DNA from: the human T2T-CHM13v2.0 reference genome, Homo sapiens | Length of the DNA: 64,000 nt | Assembly (NCBI RefSeq): GCF_009914755.1 | Contig: NC_060926.1 | Reading direction: 5' to 3' (one strand) | Notes under the pieces: generated by a model | The model's input: the letters and a program-made list of their open reading frames with translations, nothing else | What the model was told of the DNA's origin: nothing | The model's database searches: none | Shown here: in pieces, positions 57,483-64,000 of the stretch | Numbering within the stretch: the first letter of the stretch is position 1 | Layout: each line of letters starts with the position of its first letter | Translations under genes and position numbers: made by a program

Positions 57483-57640
57483 CAGTGGTTCTCATGCCTT
57501 GCTGGGGATTAGACTCACCTGGGGACTTCGGATGCCTGTGCAGGCCCAGGTGGGTCCCACCACATTAAGTCTTGGTCTCCGTGCTCTCTCCTAGCTCTCT
57601 AGGTGGTTCTGATGCCCACTCAAGCTTGGGAACCACTGGT
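57483..57640. mobile_element. MER5-family fragment
   Basis: cagtggttctca...attagactcacctgggga...aggtggttctgatgc...ttgggaaccactg. Confidence 0.7.
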
Positions 57641-58429
57641 CTAAAGCAATGGCTAAGGGTCCGGGTGGGGACAGAGTGCATCAGGGTGAGTGAGGGAGTG
57701 TTACTGAGCGAGGCCTCAGCTGGAGAGCACAGTTACGTGTACATTAACAATGGAGAAAATTTTGCTGGAAGGAGATTTGAGGAAGGCAGGAAGACAGGAA
57801 GGACGTCCAGTAGGGGATGCAGGAGGGTAGGAAGCAAGCATAGCACTCACATGGACAAAATAGGAGGTGAGGCCAGAGAGAGACAGAGAGAGACGCCCAC
57901 ACGTTCATGCACTGGAGGGTCCTGTGGGATTCGTCCCACTCGGAAGTGTGGCTTCCCAGCAGGTAACTGGTCAGAACTGTGCTTTTGGGAGATGACCCAG
58001 AAGCATTGCACAGCATGGACTGGGGCAGATAGACCAGTACAAAGGCTATTTCTCGACAAGCATTTTTCTGATCAGCACTTTGGTCTCCTGCGTTCATAAC
58101 TGATAGCAGTTATCGCCCTCTGTAAACTAATTTAGGTGCCATTCTGGCCGTGCAATCAGCCTGGGAGTTGTCCCTCCAGAACCTTATCAGTCTTGGTTCC
58201 ATCATGTTTGAAATGGAAAATCTGAAGACCAGACCCTGACTCCTGGGGCCCCCATCAACGCACAGACGCCAATGAGCAGCACAACATCTCTACAGCACCA
58301 GGGCGATGCTGCAGAACTACGGAGACCGGCGGTGGTTCCCATGGCTTCCAGACTGCCCAGCTGCCCAAGGGGGCCCAAAGCTGTTCACTTCCCAGATTAT
58401 TTTAATTTTTCTTTTAAAAATTATAGTTA

Positions 58430-59280
<851 letters not shown>

Positions 59281-59573
59281 GGTGCACATTTTTGAAAAAC
59301 CCCTTTACCCTAGTACCTGTTTTGCCATAATCTCATCTCTTATCCTATAAGCTATTTTGGACTCAAAAATCAGAGCCAGCAGAGGCAAGTGGCTTCTTCC
59401 TGCAGGGAAGCTGACACTTGACCAAGCAGGAGCTGCAGCTTCAAGATTTTGTTTTTAAGGTAATTATGAACCTGGAGAACATATACCACTCATTCTGAGG
59501 CATTTACAGAAATGTCAAACCAATAGACCAAAACTTCTCTTGTTTTTAAAAAATTAAAATCAAACTCTCCTCA

Positions 59574-59798
<225 letters not shown>

Positions 59799-59936
59799 TT
59801 ACTCTAGCTGAAAGATTTTAGAAGACAAGGTGGCTTAAAAAAATAATGTTCCTTTAGAGAGTGTTTTGTGAAAATCAGGACTATGAAATGCAGAGCAGTT
59901 GGAGAGTTGGCAAGGAGAGAACTCCTTCCTAAACTT

Positions 59937-60533
59937 CTTTTTTTTTTTTTTTTTTTTTTGAGACGGAGTCTCGCTCCGTCGCCCAGGCTGGAGTGCAGTC
60001 GTGCCATCTCGGCTCACTGAAAGCTCCGCCTCCTGGGTTAATGCCATTCTCCTGCCTCAGCCTCCTGAGTAGCTGGGACTACAGGTGCCCACCACCACGC
60101 CCGGCTAATTTTTTGTATTTTTAGTAGAGATGGGGTTTCACCGTGTTAGCCAGAATAGTCTCGATCTCCTGACCTCGTGATCTGCCCGCCTCGGCCTCGC
60201 AAAGTGCTGGGTTTACAGGCATAAGCCACTGCGACCGGCCTCTTTTTTTTTTTTTTTGAAACAGGGTCTTGCTGTCGCCCAGGCTGGAGTGCAGTGGCGC
60301 AATCTTGGCTCATTGCAGTCTCTGCCTCTCAGGCTCAAAATCCTTCTGCCTCAGCCTCCTGAGTAGCTGGGACTATAGGCATGTGCTTCCATGCCTGGCT
60401 AGTTTTTAAATTTTTTGTAGAGATATGGTGTCATTATATTTTCCAGGCTGATCTCAAACTCCCAGGCTCAAGCACTTCTCCCGCCTCGGCCTCCCAAAGT
60501 GCTGGGATTACAGGTATGAGCCACTGCACCCAT
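59937..60533 (-). mobile_element. Tandem AluY-like + AluJ-like pair
   Basis: Two head-to-tail Alus inside one TSD ttcctaaacttctttt. Confidence 0.88.
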
Positions 60534-60592
60534 TCCTAAACTTCTTTTTAAAGTCAGGGTGCTCTCAGGAAACTGCTGTTCCCCGATTCTTA

Positions 60593-61190
<598 letters not shown>

Positions 61191-61699
61191 TGGAGCTGGG
61201 ATGGCTCAGCCGTTCTGTGTTGCTAGCGATGGATATAAATTTTCAACCCATATTGGATGTTCCTTGAGGAGCAAAACTTAAACATTTATTTAATCCCTCC
61301 AAGTATCAAGCTTAGGACTGGGTGGATAGAAAGTGCTCAGACCTGTGATTTGGAAACACGAAACAAAAATTGAATAAAACCGGAGTTTCAGATTTTAACA
61401 AGACCATATGGCTGTCTTCACTTTCACCCAAATTCTCTACAGAAGGAAGATATATACTCCACCAATGAAACCACCACAAACAACCATTACCAACTACAAT
61501 AGTGCTTATTTTGATAAGCATAATGAATCTTTGAAATCCTTCTAGCATGGAATATCACTCGGAGATATTTAGTTCTCATTCTGACAAGATAACGTTTCCC
61601 AGTTATTTAATGGTTGTGCCCCATGGATCCGTTTCACATTCCACAGATTTCCAGACTTCAGACCATCATTGCTTCTGCAGATTAAACCGCTAATCTACT

Positions 61700-62560
<861 letters not shown>

Positions 62561-63084
62561 TTCTATTTTAATTGTTGGATTAAGTAGTTGGTTCATTGGC
62601 ATTTCTTATAGTTTTTTTTTTTTTTTTACTTTTAACCAAGTTATGTTATATAACATTTTTGATGTATATTAAATAATACATTTTTAAAAGAGCAATACAT
62701 CTATAGGATTGGACTTAGAAGGGAAGTGAGAATGAGGGAGAGAGAGGGAAGAAAAACCACTTTTTAAAATAGTAAGGAGACTGAAAAAGAGAACTTATTC
62801 TGTGTCTTGCATGATATTGGGGACAGATATTTGGGGAAACACAAAATGAAGGGTAGAAAATAAGCAGAAGAAAAGAAGAAAGATATGAGTTTAAAAAGAG
62901 AGTCTTTAGTCACCTGATGGAAAGTAAAAATAAAATATGGAAAACACTTAAATAAACATGTACATATAGTTTTATAATTTAAAGAATTTTGTGGCATCCA
63001 CCCTCAAAATAAGATTTTTCTTTATTTGAGATTATACTGTCTTTCCTTCTTTTTATTATTTTTCAATCCTGCTTCTTCCGTAGT

Positions 63085-63498
63085 CTTTCATTTTTTCTTT
63101 TCTTTTCTTTCCCCTTTCTTTCTCTTTCTTTCTTTCTTTTCTTCTTTCTTTCTTTCCTTTCTCTCTCTCTCTTCCTTTCTTTTTCTTTCTTTCCTTTTTT
63201 TTTTTTTCTCAGGGTCTGGCTTTGTCACCTAGGCTGGAGTGCAGTGGTGTGATCTTGGCTCACTGCAGCTTCTGCCGCCCGGGTTCCAGCGATTCTCTCA
63301 CCTCATCCTCCCTTGTAGCTGGGATTACACATGCACACCACCACCCCTGGCTAATTTTTGTGATTTTTTTTTTTTTTTTGGTGGAGATGGGTTTTCGCCA
63401 TGTTGGCCAGGCTGATCTCCAACTCCTGAGCTCAAACAAGCTGCCCACCTCGGCCTCCCAAAGCGCTGGGGTTACAGATGTGAGCCACTGCACCTGGT
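63085..63498 (-). mobile_element. AluJ-like with expanded (CTTT)n/CT-rich tail
   Basis: Polypyrimidine tract 63085-63210 followed by Alu consensus. Confidence 0.85.
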
Positions 63499-63876
63499 CT
63501 CATACTTTCAAAGTTTATTTTACTCAGAGCTTCTTCAGTAGGATTGGAGCCAACACACGTCTCTGTGTTTATTTGCTGACTCGCCCCAAGACAGGCTCTG
63601 CAATGAGCGCAGTGGTTCTTCTTCATGGCGCTCCTAGGTTCAGGAAACCGTCTCCATGTCCAGAGCTCCGCTCTCCCTCAGACTGGGCCCCTTTCCTCTT
63701 TCTGGAGCCTGCTGTCTCCCTGCATTCCTGACTGCTCAAATGGTGGCCCAGGAACAGCCTTCCTGGCAACTCTGTCTAAAATACCCCCAGCCACTCTCAC
63801 ACTTTCTTCCCTTACCCTGTCTTTAAAAAAAAATCGTAGTAAAATACACATAACAGAAAAAGTACCATCTTAACTA

Positions 63877-64000
63877 TTTTTTTTTAATTTTTTAATTTTT
63901 TTTTATTTTTGAGACGGAGTCTCGCTCTGTCGCCCAGGCTGGAGAACAGTGGCGCAATCTCGGCTCACTGCAAGCTCTGCCTCCCGCGTTCACGCCATTC
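63877..64000 (-). mobile_element. AluY-like (runs off window)
   Basis: gagacggagtctcgctctgtcgccc...caagctc...ttcacgccattc. Confidence 0.88.

Noticed and set aside
56680-58099. ORFs of 70-175 aa in intron 2 as a possible nested gene or processed pseudogene
   Set aside because: No recognisable homology, poly(A) tail or TSD; partly MER5/MER85-derived.
63000-64000. LCT exon 1, promoter (CDX2/HNF1A/GATA sites) and the lactase-persistence enhancer
   Set aside because: Looked for but not present; they lie beyond the window end.

Overview
Human (or very closely related primate) genomic DNA from the lactase locus (chr2q21). The + strand carries the last four coding exons and 3' UTR of UBXN4 (erasin; 2730-~11530). 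The - strand carries exons 17 to 2 of LCT (lactase-phlorizin hydrolase; ~14325-59686); exon 1 is not reached. The two genes converge across ~2.8 kb. All 16 LCT exons have GT-AG boundaries and splice into one open frame with intact catalytic motifs. Introns are dense in Alu, L1, MaLR LTR, Tigger/MER DNA-transposon and MIR remnants. I found no convincing new biological system. The best non-obvious signals are: (1) LCT intron 1 appears at least ~1 kb longer than the commonly cited ~49 kb gene span allows; (2) a ~225 bp direct duplication flanking exon 12; (3) a ~180 bp inverted Tigger3-Alu duplication in intron 9; (4) two zero-spacer inverted Alu fusions; (5) a ~500 bp GTCAAYA (forkhead-like / UG-rich) array abutting exon 7; (6) a Y1 RNA retropseudogene; (7) a MER85 piggyBac MITE in intron 2; (8) a 3'-truncated L1PB keeping its promoter; (9) a spliceable antisense unit ending in an LTR in introns 5/4. 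Repeat family names are from recognition of consensus sequence, not a database run; repeat boundaries are approximate.
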